From the NCBI GenBank assembly GCA_040218735.1, contig JAVJQW010000017.1, positions 128,001 through 192,000 on the forward strand: a stretch of DNA of 64,000 bases, read 5' to 3'. The notes under the pieces were generated by a model. The model did not search any database. It was not told the origin of the DNA and worked only from the letters and a program-made list of their open reading frames with translations. Positions 19,053 through 28,874 of the stretch are shown here, one piece after another. This DNA is from Deltaproteobacteria bacterium (GTDB lineage Bacteria; Myxococcota; Kuafuiibacteriia; Kuafuiibacteriales; Kuafuiibacteriaceae). The translations under genes were made by a program, and so were the position numbers. Numbering within the stretch: the stretch's first letter is position 1; every line of letters begins with the position of its first letter.

Positions 19053-21031
19053 ACGCGATGAACAAGCGGATCGTCCTCGCCTTCCTCGCCCTCGCGGCGT
19101 GTGACCGTACGAACGCGGGCAGCGGGCCCGTCGAGATGCTGGAGCCGAAGCCCTCCGGTATCGAAGCGGAGCCGCGGTGGCTCACGTTCACGTGTGTCGA
19201 GCCGGGCTGCAACGAGACCCTCGAAGCGCAGATCTCGGTCATCGGCCGGCGCGACGTCGCGATCAAACGCATCGTCCTGTCGGAGCGCGACCGTAACGAC
19301 TTCCTCGTCACGTCGTCGGAGGAGCCCCCCTTCGTGCTCACGGCCGGCGAGGCGCTCGACGTCAGCGTGCAGTACCTCCCGACCGGCGACGTTCGCCTCG
19401 GCGACGTCGAGCTCGAGGTCATCTACACCGACGCGTCCGCCTCCGAAGAGGAGGATCGCATCGAGCCCGGCGAGCTGAAGGTGCCGCTGGTGCGTCGCCT
19501 GATCGGCGAGCCGCGCCTCGCGGTCGACCCGGGCCAGCTCGTGTTCGGCGCCGTCCTCCCCACCGCGGAGAAGCGCCTCCCCCTCACGATCTCCAACGAC
19601 GGCTTCGGCAACGTTGGGCTGATCATCGACTCGATCGAAGCGGAGCCCGCGGGCGTCGTCCGCGTCGAGCGCCTCCCCGAGCGCGCCCTCGTCCCCGGCG
19701 ACAGCTGGGACCTCGAGGTCGTCTTCGCGCCCAACAACGAACGCTTCCTCGAAGGCTGGCTCAACATCGAGCCCGTCGGCTCCACGGTCGAAGGCGCGCG
19801 CGTCCCGCTGCTCGGCACGAGCATCGAGAACCCGACCGTCTACACCGAGCCCGCGGATCGCGTGGACTTCGGCGAAGTGCCGGTCGGCTTCCCCGACATG
19901 GCGACGGTGACGATCCAGAACCGCGGCGCCGCGGACCTCTTCGTCAGCGACGTGCGGCTCGCAGGCCAGGTTGCGGGCGCCGACATGATGGTGATCCTGG
20001 AGGACGGCGTACAGACCGCGACCATCCCGCCGCTCGGAACGCTCGACGCGATCATCACCGTCGAAGGCACCGCGCCCGGCGAGATCGACACCGCGCTGCT
20101 GATCACGTCGACCGACCGCGAGACGCCGGTGCTCGACGTCCCCGTCACGGGCCTGATCACCAAGCCGATCATCCAGGTCACGCCGGGCACGGTCGACTTC
20201 GGCGCGGTGCCGCGCGGGTGGACGACGGTCCAGACCGTCGAGATCGAGAACGTCGGCTACGGCGACCTCGTGCTGTCGAACGTCGCGATGATCCTCGGCT
20301 CCAGCGAGCTGTTCACGATGCGCACCGTCCCGACGCTCCCGATCACCCTGCGCCACGACCAGCGCATCGCGGTGGAGATCGAGTTCCGCTCCGAAGCCGA
20401 AGCGAGCTTCTCGGGCACCCTCGCGATCGACTCGAACGACGCCGAGAACCAATTCATGGAGATCCAGCTCGCCGCGCAGGGCGCCTCCTGCGACGCCGGC
20501 TGCCCGATCGCCAACGGCACCCCGACCTGCACGCGCGGCCTGTGTGAGGTCGCGAGCTGCGACCCCAACTGGTACGACTCCGACGTCGACCCCGTGAACG
20601 GCTGTGAGTGCCGCGAGGTCTCGAACAACGGCGACCCGTCCGCGTTCTGCAGCGAAGGGCGCTACCTCGGCACCGTCGACGACGACGGCGACCGCACGTC
20701 ATTCACCGGCCTCATCCACGCCGAGGACGACATCGACATGATTCGCTTCTTCGGCGAGGACAAGACCAACTTCTTCTCCGACGACTTCGACGTCCGCGTC
20801 ACGCTCGACAGCGCCGACCCGAACATCAAGTTCTGCGTCTACCGCCACGACACCGGTAACCACCTCACGGAGTGTTTCCTCGAGAACGAGTCGTGCCCCG
20901 GCAACCGGAGTTACCGCCGCGACGGCGACCTCGGCCCGGACGACAGCGCGGACTTCGTCGTGAAGATCTTCCGTGAACCGGGGACCGCCGCGTCCTGCAC
21001 GCCGTACACGGTCTTCATCCGCAACGGCTGA
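19049..21031 (+). CDS. Lipoprotein with four or more choice-of-anchor-D/ASH domains and Cys-rich C-terminal region
   Basis: Lipobox LAAC; LVFG...ISNDG, VDFG...IQNRG, VDFG...IENVG; DSNDA; CDAGC...NGCEC; overlaps the previous stop (GTGA). Confidence 0.85.
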   Translation: MNAMNKRIVLAFLALAACDRTNAGSGPVEMLEPKPSGIEAEPRWLTFTCVEPGCNETLEAQISVIGRRDVAIKRIVLSERDRNDFLVTSSEEPPFVLTAGEALDVSVQYLPTGDVRLGDVELEVIYTDASASEEEDRIEPGELKVPLVRRLIGEPRLAVDPGQLVFGAVLPTAEKRLPLTISNDGFGNVGLIIDSIEAEPAGVVRVERLPERALVPGDSWDLEVVFAPNNERFLEGWLNIEPVGSTVEGARVPLLGTSIENPTVYTEPADRVDFGEVPVGFPDMATVTIQNRGAADLFVSDVRLAGQVAGADMMVILEDGVQTATIPPLGTLDAIITVEGTAPGEIDTALLITSTDRETPVLDVPVTGLITKPIIQVTPGTVDFGAVPRGWTTVQTVEIENVGYGDLVLSNVAMILGSSELFTMRTVPTLPITLRHDQRIAVEIEFRSEAEASFSGTLAIDSNDAENQFMEIQLAAQGASCDAGCPIANGTPTCTRGLCEVASCDPNWYDSDVDPVNGCECREVSNNGDPSAFCSEGRYLGTVDDDGDRTSFTGLIHAEDDIDMIRFFGEDKTNFFSDDFDVRVTLDSADPNIKFCVYRHDTGNHLTECFLENESCPGNRSYRRDGDLGPDDSADFVVKIFREPGTAASCTPYTVFIRNG

Positions 21032-21107
21032 TCCGCTGTTCCTCCCCGGCCCGCGTCGCGAACGGTCCGCTGCCCCCCGCGCCGCGGGGGTGTTAGCGTC
21101 CCGCGCG

Positions 21108-21659
21108 ATGCGCAAGACGCTCCTCTTCGCCACCTTCCTCGCGTTTGCGAGCACGCCCGCCTGGGCCCAGGACGACGGCTACAACGACCCGCCGGCCTCG
21201 CGGTCCACGTCGCGCTCCGGCGCTCGTTTCGGCGTCGGGATGTTCGCGACGCTCACGCCCTTCACGCAGGTCGGCAGCCCGTTCCCGCTGGGCGGCGCGG
21301 CGGCGGTCTTCGACACGGGGAGCCTCCGCTTCGCGGGCCGCTTGAACATGTTCGTGAACGACTCGGGTGACGACGGGATCGGCGCCGGCGTTCGGCTGCT
21401 CGTCCCCGTCCACGAGATGAAGAGCTCCGACTTCTCGCTCGGAGGCGGCATCGGCTTCGGCCACGTCTTCGACCCCGACCCGGGCGACGACACCACCTTC
21501 GTCCTCGTCGAGGGCATCGGCCAGATCCGCGTCTTCCTCGTCGAGAACGTCGCGCTCCACGGTGACCTCGGCGTCGCGTTCGCCGCTGGCGAGTCGGTGC
21601 TGCTCTTCGGCCTCGGTGCGCAGTTCATCGGCGGCTTCGGAATGACCTACTTCTTCTGA
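21108..21659 (+). CDS. Small outer-membrane beta-barrel protein
   Basis: Signal peptide ending PAWA; Gly/aromatic alternating strands; C-terminal GMTYFF. Confidence 0.75.
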   Translation: MRKTLLFATFLAFASTPAWAQDDGYNDPPASRSTSRSGARFGVGMFATLTPFTQVGSPFPLGGAAAVFDTGSLRFAGRLNMFVNDSGDDGIGAGVRLLVPVHEMKSSDFSLGGGIGFGHVFDPDPGDDTTFVLVEGIGQIRVFLVENVALHGDLGVAFAAGESVLLFGLGAQFIGGFGMTYFF

Positions 21660-21669
21660 GCCTTCGCCG

Positions 21670-22752
21670 GTGCGGGTCGCGATCCTCATCCGCCGCTTCT
21701 CCACGCGCGGCGGGAACGAACGTCAGGCCTTCGAGCTCGCGCGCCACCTCTGCGGCGCCGGCCACGACGTCCACGTGCATTGCCACAAGGCGGACGAGAC
21801 CGCGGCGCTCCCGGGCGCCCACGTGCACGTCCTCCCCGGCATCCGCTTCGACCCGACGGCCGCGATGCTCAGCTACGCGTGGTCCACCCGCCGACTCGTG
21901 CGTCGCCTCCGAAGCGAAGACCGCATCGACCGCGTCATCGGATTCGGCCAGAGCGTCGAGCAGGACGTCTATCGCCTCGGCGGCGGCACCCACGCCGAGT
22001 TCCTCGTCGCCACGAAGGACCACCCGGGCGCTCGCGGCGGTCCCGTGCTCGACCGCGTCGCGCTCCGCCTCGAACGCATCCGCCTGAGGCCGGAGCGCTC
22101 GCCGCACCTCGTCGCGCCGAGCCACCGCGTCGCGGACGAGCTCGTCCGGCACTACGGTGTCGCGACCGATCGCATCCACGTGGTGTGGAACGGCACCGAC
22201 CTCGAGCGCTTCCAAACCGGCCCCGCCGAAGACCTCGGCTGGCGCGACGAACGCCCGCTCGCCCTCTTCGTCGGACAGGATCCCCACCGCAAGGGCTTCG
22301 ACATCGCCGCCGAGGCGACGCGCCGCCTCGGCGCACGCCTTGTTTACGTCGGCCGCGGCGACCGCCCCGCGCGCCTCCCCGACCACGTGCTGTGGGCCGG
22401 CGAGCGCCGCGACATGGAGCGTGTCTACCGCGCCGCCGACGTGCTGATCGCCCCGAGCCGCTACGACCCGTTCGGCGGCGTCGTCCTGGAGGCGGCGGCG
22501 TGCGGACGGGCATCGGTCGCCACGCGGCGCATCGGCGCGACCGAGCGATTCGCCGAGACCCCGCTCGATGCACTGCTCGTCGAGGACCCGGAGGACGTCG
22601 ACGGGGTCACGCGGGCCCTCGAATCAGCGCTGGCCGACCACGACGCGCTCGGCGCCGCCGCGCGTGCGGCCGTGGCCGACGCCTCGATCCAAGCGTGGGG
22701 TGAACGGATGGTCGAGGTTCTATCCCTTCCGATCCCCGAACGTGTGCGCTAA
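21670..22752 (+). CDS. Glycosyltransferase family 4 (WaaG/RfaG-like)
   Basis: GGNER, RKGFD, YRAADVLIAPSRYDPFGGVVLEAAACG. Confidence 0.9.
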   Translation: MRVAILIRRFSTRGGNERQAFELARHLCGAGHDVHVHCHKADETAALPGAHVHVLPGIRFDPTAAMLSYAWSTRRLVRRLRSEDRIDRVIGFGQSVEQDVYRLGGGTHAEFLVATKDHPGARGGPVLDRVALRLERIRLRPERSPHLVAPSHRVADELVRHYGVATDRIHVVWNGTDLERFQTGPAEDLGWRDERPLALFVGQDPHRKGFDIAAEATRRLGARLVYVGRGDRPARLPDHVLWAGERRDMERVYRAADVLIAPSRYDPFGGVVLEAAACGRASVATRRIGATERFAETPLDALLVEDPEDVDGVTRALESALADHDALGAAARAAVADASIQAWGERMVEVLSLPIPERVR

Positions 22753-22761
22753 CGAGGAGCC

Positions 22762-23556
22762 GTGCGGATCAGCGGGCTGGTGGTCTGTAAGAACGAGGCC
22801 GACCGAATCGACGCCTGCCTACGGTCGTTGTCGTTCTGCGACGAGATCGTCGTCGTCGACTCCGGCTCCACGGACGACACCGTCGCGATCGCCCAGCGCC
22901 ACGGCGCGCGGGTGATCGAGCGCCCCTGGAAAAACGCGAACGACCAGAAGGAGTTCGGCCGCCAACAGGCGCAGGGCACGTGGCTCGTGAACCTCGACGC
23001 CGACGAGGTGGTCTCCGACGCGCTCCGCGACGAGATCCTCGCGCTGGTGGAGCGCGGCGGCGACGACGGCGTCGACGCGTACCTCGCGCCGTTCAAGAAC
23101 TACTTCCGCACCGCGTGGGTGCGGCGCTGCGGCTACTACCCGGACCCGCACGTGCGTTTCATCCGTCGGGCCGGCGCCCGCTGGGATCTCGAAACCCCGG
23201 TCCACGACAACGTCCTCGCCGACGGCGCGACCCGGATGCTGAAGGGGCACGTCGAACACCACTCGTTCCACTCGATGGAGCACTACGTCGACAAGTCGAA
23301 GGCCTACGCCGAGGGGTTCGCGCGGCACGCCCACGCCCAGGGGCGCCGGGCGAGCGCCCCGACGATCCTGCTGCATACCGGATGGCGCTTCTTCCGCATC
23401 TACGTCCTGAAGGGCGGATTCCTGGAGGGCGCACTGGGCCTCACGATCGCGGGGCTGCAGGCGTTCGACGTGTTCCGGAAGTACACCCGGCTCTGGGAGC
23501 TCGGTCGATTCCCGCCCGAGGAGGACGTGGGTGAAGGAGCGCCTCCTTCCGCTTGA
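22762..23556 (+). CDS. Glycosyltransferase family 2 (WaaE/KdtX-like)
   Basis: KNEADRI, VVDSGSTDDT, LDADE, YPD, VH, GFLEG. Confidence 0.9.
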   Translation: MRISGLVVCKNEADRIDACLRSLSFCDEIVVVDSGSTDDTVAIAQRHGARVIERPWKNANDQKEFGRQQAQGTWLVNLDADEVVSDALRDEILALVERGGDDGVDAYLAPFKNYFRTAWVRRCGYYPDPHVRFIRRAGARWDLETPVHDNVLADGATRMLKGHVEHHSFHSMEHYVDKSKAYAEGFARHAHAQGRRASAPTILLHTGWRFFRIYVLKGGFLEGALGLTIAGLQAFDVFRKYTRLWELGRFPPEEDVGEGAPPSA

Positions 23557-23590
23557 TCGTCGCGTTCCGGGGTGCTGATCATCCGCGCCC

Positions 23591-23800
23591 ATGAAGGCGC
23601 TGCTCGTTTGCACCGGACTCTGTTTCGCGCTCCTCGCGCTCCCCGCCTGCGGCGGCTACGACGCGTGCGGCGACAAGAACTGCGGCGACCCGTGCACCGT
23701 GTGTGACCCCGACGACAGCGACTGCGTGGAGTCGCAAGAGGCCAAGAGCTGCAACGTCCGCGGCGTGTGCGCGACGGCCGCCAACAACAGCTGCGGCTGA
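23591..23800 (+). CDS. Small Cys-rich lipoprotein (69 aa)
   Basis: Lipobox LPAC; 8 further Cys in about 50 residues. Confidence 0.75.
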   Translation: MKALLVCTGLCFALLALPACGGYDACGDKNCGDPCTVCDPDDSDCVESQEAKSCNVRGVCATAANNSCG

Positions 23801-23801
23801 G

Positions 23802-24701
23802 ATGGATCCCAGCGAGCTCGACGAGCTGTACGCGGGTCCGCTCGCCGAGTTCGTCAGCCGCCGAAACGATCTCGCCAAGGCGCTCAAACGCGCCGGCCGC
23901 AAAGACGACGCGGCCACGGTCAAGGCGCTGAGGAAGCCGAGCCTCGGCGCGTGGGCGATCAACCAGATCGTCCGCCGAGAGCCCGACGTCCTCCGCGCCG
24001 TCTTCGACGCGCTCGATCGCGTGAAGGCGGCCCAGCTCGGCGGCGCCCCGGAGTCCGAGCGCCCCGCGCTCGCGGACGCCATGGCGGAGGAGCGCGCCGC
24101 GCTCGCCGCGGTCGAGTCCACCGCCGAATCGATCCTCACGCAGGCCGAACAGACCGCGACGAAGGCGACGCTGGATCGTGTCGTTCGCTCCGTGCGCGCG
24201 TCGGCGGTCGAACCCACCCGTCGAGAACAGCTCATGCTCGGCCAGGTCACGGAGGACGTCGCGGACGCCGGCTTCTCGGATCTCGCCGCGCAGCTCATGG
24301 GCGGCCTCGTGCCGGCGGCGCCGAAGGCCGCGCCGAGCCCGAAACCATTGCCGACGCCGGCCGCGCCGCGTGCACCTCGTCCCGCGCCCGGCAAGGCGCC
24401 GCCCGATACGATCGACCTCGCGGCGGAGCGCGAACGTCGGGAGAAGATCGAAGCCGAAGCCCGCGCGAAGGCGCGGCGCGAGCGCATCGACAACTACCGG
24501 CGCGAGCTGAAGGCGCTCCGGCTGAGCGAAGAGAAGCTCGACAAGGACCTCGCGCAGGCGGCGCTGGAGGTACAACGCGCAGAGGAGCGGCTCGATCGCG
24601 CAAGGAACCATCACACCCGGGCCAAGGAGCGTGTCACGAGCGCGCGCGCGCAGCGCCAGGAGTTGGAGGAAGCCCTCGCTGCGCTCGAACGCGCGGACTG
24701 A
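23802..24701 (+). CDS. Hypothetical coiled-coil protein
   Basis: MDPSELDELYAGPLAEFVSRRNDLAK...LRKPSLGAWAINQ; heptad-rich C-terminus. Confidence 0.75.
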   Translation: MDPSELDELYAGPLAEFVSRRNDLAKALKRAGRKDDAATVKALRKPSLGAWAINQIVRREPDVLRAVFDALDRVKAAQLGGAPESERPALADAMAEERAALAAVESTAESILTQAEQTATKATLDRVVRSVRASAVEPTRREQLMLGQVTEDVADAGFSDLAAQLMGGLVPAAPKAAPSPKPLPTPAAPRAPRPAPGKAPPDTIDLAAERERREKIEAEARAKARRERIDNYRRELKALRLSEEKLDKDLAQAALEVQRAEERLDRARNHHTRAKERVTSARAQRQELEEALAALERAD

Positions 24702-24745
24702 AGTCGGTTCAAGCGATATCGCCGGTGTGCTACGGCACGAAGCGT

Positions 24746-25912
24746 ATGGGCGTACGAATCGGCGCCGCCGCGATCGGGCTCGCCGCCCTCGTGGGCGTGA
24801 GTTGCTACCCGAAGAACTTCCCGCCGCCGACCGCCAAAGCGAGCTTCGCCAAGGACTTCCCGTTCGACATCGGTCCCTACCTCGTCTACGTCGAGGGCGG
24901 TCGCCTGGACGTCGTCGTCGGGCACGATGCCCTGAAGACACCCCCCGTCGTCGCCTGGCAGACCGGTACCAGCACCAACGCCGAGAGCACCAAGGTCACG
25001 AGCACCTCGATCGACGGTCTCTGGGTTGCCCAGCTCACCGAGCTCCCGCTGGACGTACCGCTGACGTACACCGTCGAGAGTGAGCTGGGGACCGTCGGCC
25101 CGCTCCCCTTCCGTGGGGGCCGCTCGCCCGGACGACGCTTCCGCTTCGCGGCGTTCGGCGACACCCGGACCGGCCACAAGGTCCACCGCGCGCTGATCGA
25201 GAACATGGCGAAGGAGAACGTCGACCTCGTCGTCCACAGCGGTGACCTGGTCGAATCGGGCGGCGTGCTCGACCAGTGGGTGGAGTTCTTCTCGATCGAG
25301 GCGCCGGTGATCGCGTCGGCACCGCTGATCGCCGCGCTCGGCAACCACGACCTCTCCCAACGCAACCACTACAAACGTTTCATCCTCGCGAAGCGCTACG
25401 CCGACGACCAACGTTACTTCTATCGCGACTGGGGCGACGTCCGCGTGATCATCATGGACTCCGAGGAGGAGTCGCGCGCCGGCTCCGCACAGTACGAGTT
25501 CCTGGAGTCCGCGATGCGCGACGGCGCCGAGAAGGACATGTTCATGATCGTCGCGCTCCACCGCCCGCCCTACTCCGCGGGCGCGCACGGCTCCGACCTC
25601 GAGATGCGCGAGATCCTCGGCGAGCTGTGCCCGCGCTTCGGCGTCGAGGTCGTGCTCGCCGGACACGATCACAACTACGAGCGCACCAAACGCATCGACG
25701 GCGTAACCTACTTCGTCGCGGCGTCCGGCGGCGCGCCGATCCGACGCATGAACCCGAGCTGGTTCTCGGAGGTCGTCCGCACCGAGCCGCACTACGTCAT
25801 CTTCGACCTGGAGCGCCGGAGCCTCGTGGGCCGCGCCATCAACCTCGACGGGGACACGTTCGACACCTTCGTGATCCCGCCCCTCGACCCACAACCGCCG
25901 AAGAAGCCATGA
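24746..25912 (+). CDS. Purple-acid-phosphatase-like metallophosphoesterase lipoprotein
   Basis: Lipobox GVSC; FN3-like N-terminal domain; FGDTR, HSGDLV, LGNHD, LHRPPY, AGHDHNYER. Confidence 0.9.
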   Translation: MGVRIGAAAIGLAALVGVSCYPKNFPPPTAKASFAKDFPFDIGPYLVYVEGGRLDVVVGHDALKTPPVVAWQTGTSTNAESTKVTSTSIDGLWVAQLTELPLDVPLTYTVESELGTVGPLPFRGGRSPGRRFRFAAFGDTRTGHKVHRALIENMAKENVDLVVHSGDLVESGGVLDQWVEFFSIEAPVIASAPLIAALGNHDLSQRNHYKRFILAKRYADDQRYFYRDWGDVRVIIMDSEEESRAGSAQYEFLESAMRDGAEKDMFMIVALHRPPYSAGAHGSDLEMREILGELCPRFGVEVVLAGHDHNYERTKRIDGVTYFVAASGGAPIRRMNPSWFSEVVRTEPHYVIFDLERRSLVGRAINLDGDTFDTFVIPPLDPQPPKKP

Positions 25913-27213
25913 AGGGGACACTCGCGGTCATCGCGTTGGCGACGGCCATCGCTTCGCCCGCGCGTGCGCAGACGTCGTCCTCGACGACGGCGGAACCACT
26001 CACGACCGAAGTGCGTCCCGAGACCGCCCCCGGCCTCGACCTCCCGACCCTGGTCCTCCGGCTCCCGCAGGCCTTCCTCGAGCTGGCGTTCGTACCGCTC
26101 ATGCCGGTCGCGGTGCTCTTCGAGCGGTACCACGTGATCGATCGTCTCTTCGATCTGTTCACGAACGACGCCAAGACACTCGCCGTGGTCCCGATCGTCG
26201 TCCCGTTCAACGCCTCCGGCATCGGCGTCGGCGCGACCCTCGTCTACAACGAGCCGCTCGGGAGCGCGGACCGTCTGATCGCCGTGGTGCTCGTTCGCGA
26301 GAACCGCGACCGCAACATCTCCGTCAGCTTCGGACGACGCCTCGCGACCCTCAACGGACGCGCGTTCTCACTCGGCGCTTCGTACTCGTCCGACCACGAC
26401 CAACGCATCTACGGCTTCGGCGCCGGCACGCAGGAGTCCGACGAGCGCTTGATCCGCGTCGACGGCGTCGACGCCACGGCGTCCTTCCAGCTGATCGCAC
26501 CGGCCCGCGTGCCGGAGTACTCGGCGGGGGTCGGCGCGGCGTTCCGTCGGCGGCGCATCGGCGTCGGCAGCGGCGATCGCGCCCCCGGCCTCGCACCCAA
26601 CGACTCCGTCGCGGTGCCGCCCGGCTTCGGACGTACGCTCGACTATCCGGAGTTCTCGCTCGAGAGCGCGTACGACTCACGCGACAGCGTCGGGCGCACG
26701 ACCAAGGGCATCATCGCGAGCCTCCAGTCGTCGGTCACACACGACATGAACGGCGGCTCCACCGGCGGCGTGCGCATCGAAGGTGGCTTCTCTGCGTTCC
26801 TCCCGCTGCTCCCGTTGTACCGCGTGCTCTACCTCTCGGTCGGCGCGGCGGGCACCGTGCCGATCGGCGAAGAGAACGAGGTCCCGCTCCACCAGATGGT
26901 GAGCCTCGGCGGCAGCGGCTCACTCCGTGGTTATCCGTCGGACCGCTTCTTGGGGCGGATGGGTTGGTGGGCGACCGCCGAGTGGCGCTACCGCTTCTAC
27001 GAGTACGAGGACAGCACGATCGGTCTGTCCGCGGTGTGGTTCGGTGACCTCGGTCAGGTCTCGAACGACGTCGACGGCTTCGGCGATGGCCTCCCCTGGT
27101 CGGTGGGTTTTGCGCTGCGCGCCGAGCAGAACCTGATCAACCTCGGTCGCGCGCAAATCGCGTACGGGCCCGAAGGGTTCCGCTTCAGCGTCGGCGTCGG
27201 GGAGGTGTTCTGA
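25909..27213 (+). CDS. Omp85 (BamA/TamA family) beta-barrel with no recognisable POTRA domains
   Basis: Signal peptide ...SPARA; YDSRD; LGGSGSLRGYPSDRF (Omp85 RG(F/Y) loop motif); C-terminal Phe; ATGA overlap with the upstream gene. Confidence 0.85.
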   Translation: MKGTLAVIALATAIASPARAQTSSSTTAEPLTTEVRPETAPGLDLPTLVLRLPQAFLELAFVPLMPVAVLFERYHVIDRLFDLFTNDAKTLAVVPIVVPFNASGIGVGATLVYNEPLGSADRLIAVVLVRENRDRNISVSFGRRLATLNGRAFSLGASYSSDHDQRIYGFGAGTQESDERLIRVDGVDATASFQLIAPARVPEYSAGVGAAFRRRRIGVGSGDRAPGLAPNDSVAVPPGFGRTLDYPEFSLESAYDSRDSVGRTTKGIIASLQSSVTHDMNGGSTGGVRIEGGFSAFLPLLPLYRVLYLSVGAAGTVPIGEENEVPLHQMVSLGGSGSLRGYPSDRFLGRMGWWATAEWRYRFYEYEDSTIGLSAVWFGDLGQVSNDVDGFGDGLPWSVGFALRAEQNLINLGRAQIAYGPEGFRFSVGVGEVF

Positions 27214-28874
27214 TGCGCCGGCTCCTCCCGCTGCTGCTCCTCACCGCGTGCGGCGCGCCCGCCTGGAAACAAACGCCGCACGACGTCCGGTTCCAACGTA
27301 CGCCGCCGCCCACCCCGCACGCCGCGCCGAAGCCGAACGAACCGTCGGACTCTTGGTACGCGATCGAGCAGACCACCGCCCGCCCCATCGCGACGGCGCT
27401 GAACCCGGGGCACTACATCGACCTGTTGCGCGGCGGTCCTCCGCCCCTCGACGTCAACGCGTTCGGCGAAGTGGTCGACTCGATGTGGTTCGAGAATCGT
27501 CTCGGCCGGCGCGCGCTGAGCGTCGAAGAGATCCGCCGTGGCCCGAACGAACACGACGGCCCCGACGAACGCCGCCTCGAAGTGCTCGGCGGCAAGATCG
27601 AAGGCGCCACCCCCGGCCTCGTGTTGCGCGACGCACGCGGCGACCGCTACGTCGCGAAGTTCGATCCGCCGGCGTACCCGGGCCTCGCGAGCGGCGCGGA
27701 GATCATCGCGACGAAGATCCTGTGGGCCGCCGGTTATCACGTGCCGGAGAACTACGTCGGCACGCTCGACATGGGTGCGCTCGAGCTGAAGGACGACGCG
27801 ACGACCGGAGGCCACTACGGCGAACGCATCCCGCTCGACCGAGGGCGCCTCGACGATCTGCTCGCCCACGTGAACCCGTTCCCCGACGGCACGGTGCGAA
27901 CGCTCTACTCCCGCTTCCTCCCGGGGCGCCTGATCGGCCCATTCCACTACCGCGGCCAGCGCGCGGACGATCCGAACGACGTCATCCCGCACGAGCGGCG
28001 ACGCTCCCTGCGCGGCCTCGGTTTGTTCTCGGCGTGGCTCAACAACGTCGACGCCCGCGCGTCGAACACCCTCGACGTATTCATCCCCGGCGACGACGGG
28101 CGCGGGTACGTGAAGCACTACCAAATCGACTTTGGTGACGCGCTCGGCTCCGCCGGTCTGGGCCCGAAGTACCTCGGCGAAGGTTACGAAGGTGTCCTCG
28201 ACTGGCCGAAGGTGCTCCGCAGCCTGACCGCGTTCGGCGTGTGGTACCGCCCCTGGCTCGGTCTGCGCCGCTCGCCGTACCGCGCCGTGGGGGTGTTCGA
28301 GGCCGACGTCTTCACCCCCGAGGCCTGGCGCTCCAAGCTGCCCAATCCGGCCTTCGACGAGGCCACCTGGCTCGACCGCTACTGGGCGGCGGCGATCATC
28401 GCGCGCTTCACCCCGTCGCACCTGGCGGCGATCGTGGAGGAAGCGGGCTACATCGAGCCGGGTGCGGACGCCTGGGTGCTGCGTGTGCTCCAGGAGCGTC
28501 AGTTCAAGATCTTGGAGTGGGTCTTCGGGCGGGTGTTGCCGCTCGATGATGTGCGCGCGGAGGGCGCGACGCTGTCGATGACGGACCTCGAGCGCACCTG
28601 CGGCCTCCTCACCGGCGTCCCGGCCGCGTACACGTGGTCGGCCCGCTGGGACGACCAATTCGTCGGGGAGGGGAATGGCCCCACCCCCACCGCCGATCTC
28701 GCGGCGCTGATCGCGGACGCCCGCGACCGCCACGGCGCGGCGTTCGACGACGATCCGTTTCTCACCGTGACCTTCGCGCGGACCGAACCGGCTCACGGTG
28801 CGACGGTCGACGTGCACGTTCGGGTCGTCGAGGGTGCGCTCCTCCCGGTTGGTCTCGATCGAACCGTCGACTAG
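27213..28874 (+). CDS. Lipoprotein with atypical (HipA/PI3K/CotH-like) kinase fold
   Basis: Lipobox LTAC; GGKIEGATPG, YVAKFD, SGAEII, WLNNVDARASN, YQIDFG in canonical kinase order; TGATG coupling. Confidence 0.7.
   Translation: MRRLLPLLLLTACGAPAWKQTPHDVRFQRTPPPTPHAAPKPNEPSDSWYAIEQTTARPIATALNPGHYIDLLRGGPPPLDVNAFGEVVDSMWFENRLGRRALSVEEIRRGPNEHDGPDERRLEVLGGKIEGATPGLVLRDARGDRYVAKFDPPAYPGLASGAEIIATKILWAAGYHVPENYVGTLDMGALELKDDATTGGHYGERIPLDRGRLDDLLAHVNPFPDGTVRTLYSRFLPGRLIGPFHYRGQRADDPNDVIPHERRRSLRGLGLFSAWLNNVDARASNTLDVFIPGDDGRGYVKHYQIDFGDALGSAGLGPKYLGEGYEGVLDWPKVLRSLTAFGVWYRPWLGLRRSPYRAVGVFEADVFTPEAWRSKLPNPAFDEATWLDRYWAAAIIARFTPSHLAAIVEEAGYIEPGADAWVLRVLQERQFKILEWVFGRVLPLDDVRAEGATLSMTDLERTCGLLTGVPAAYTWSARWDDQFVGEGNGPTPTADLAALIADARDRHGAAFDDDPFLTVTFARTEPAHGATVDVHVRVVEGALLPVGLDRTVD

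Noticed and set aside
21073-21094. CCCCCGC-GCC-GCGGGGG hairpin as an intrinsic terminator
   Set aside because: Three-base loop and no real U-tract (TGTT only); insufficient support.
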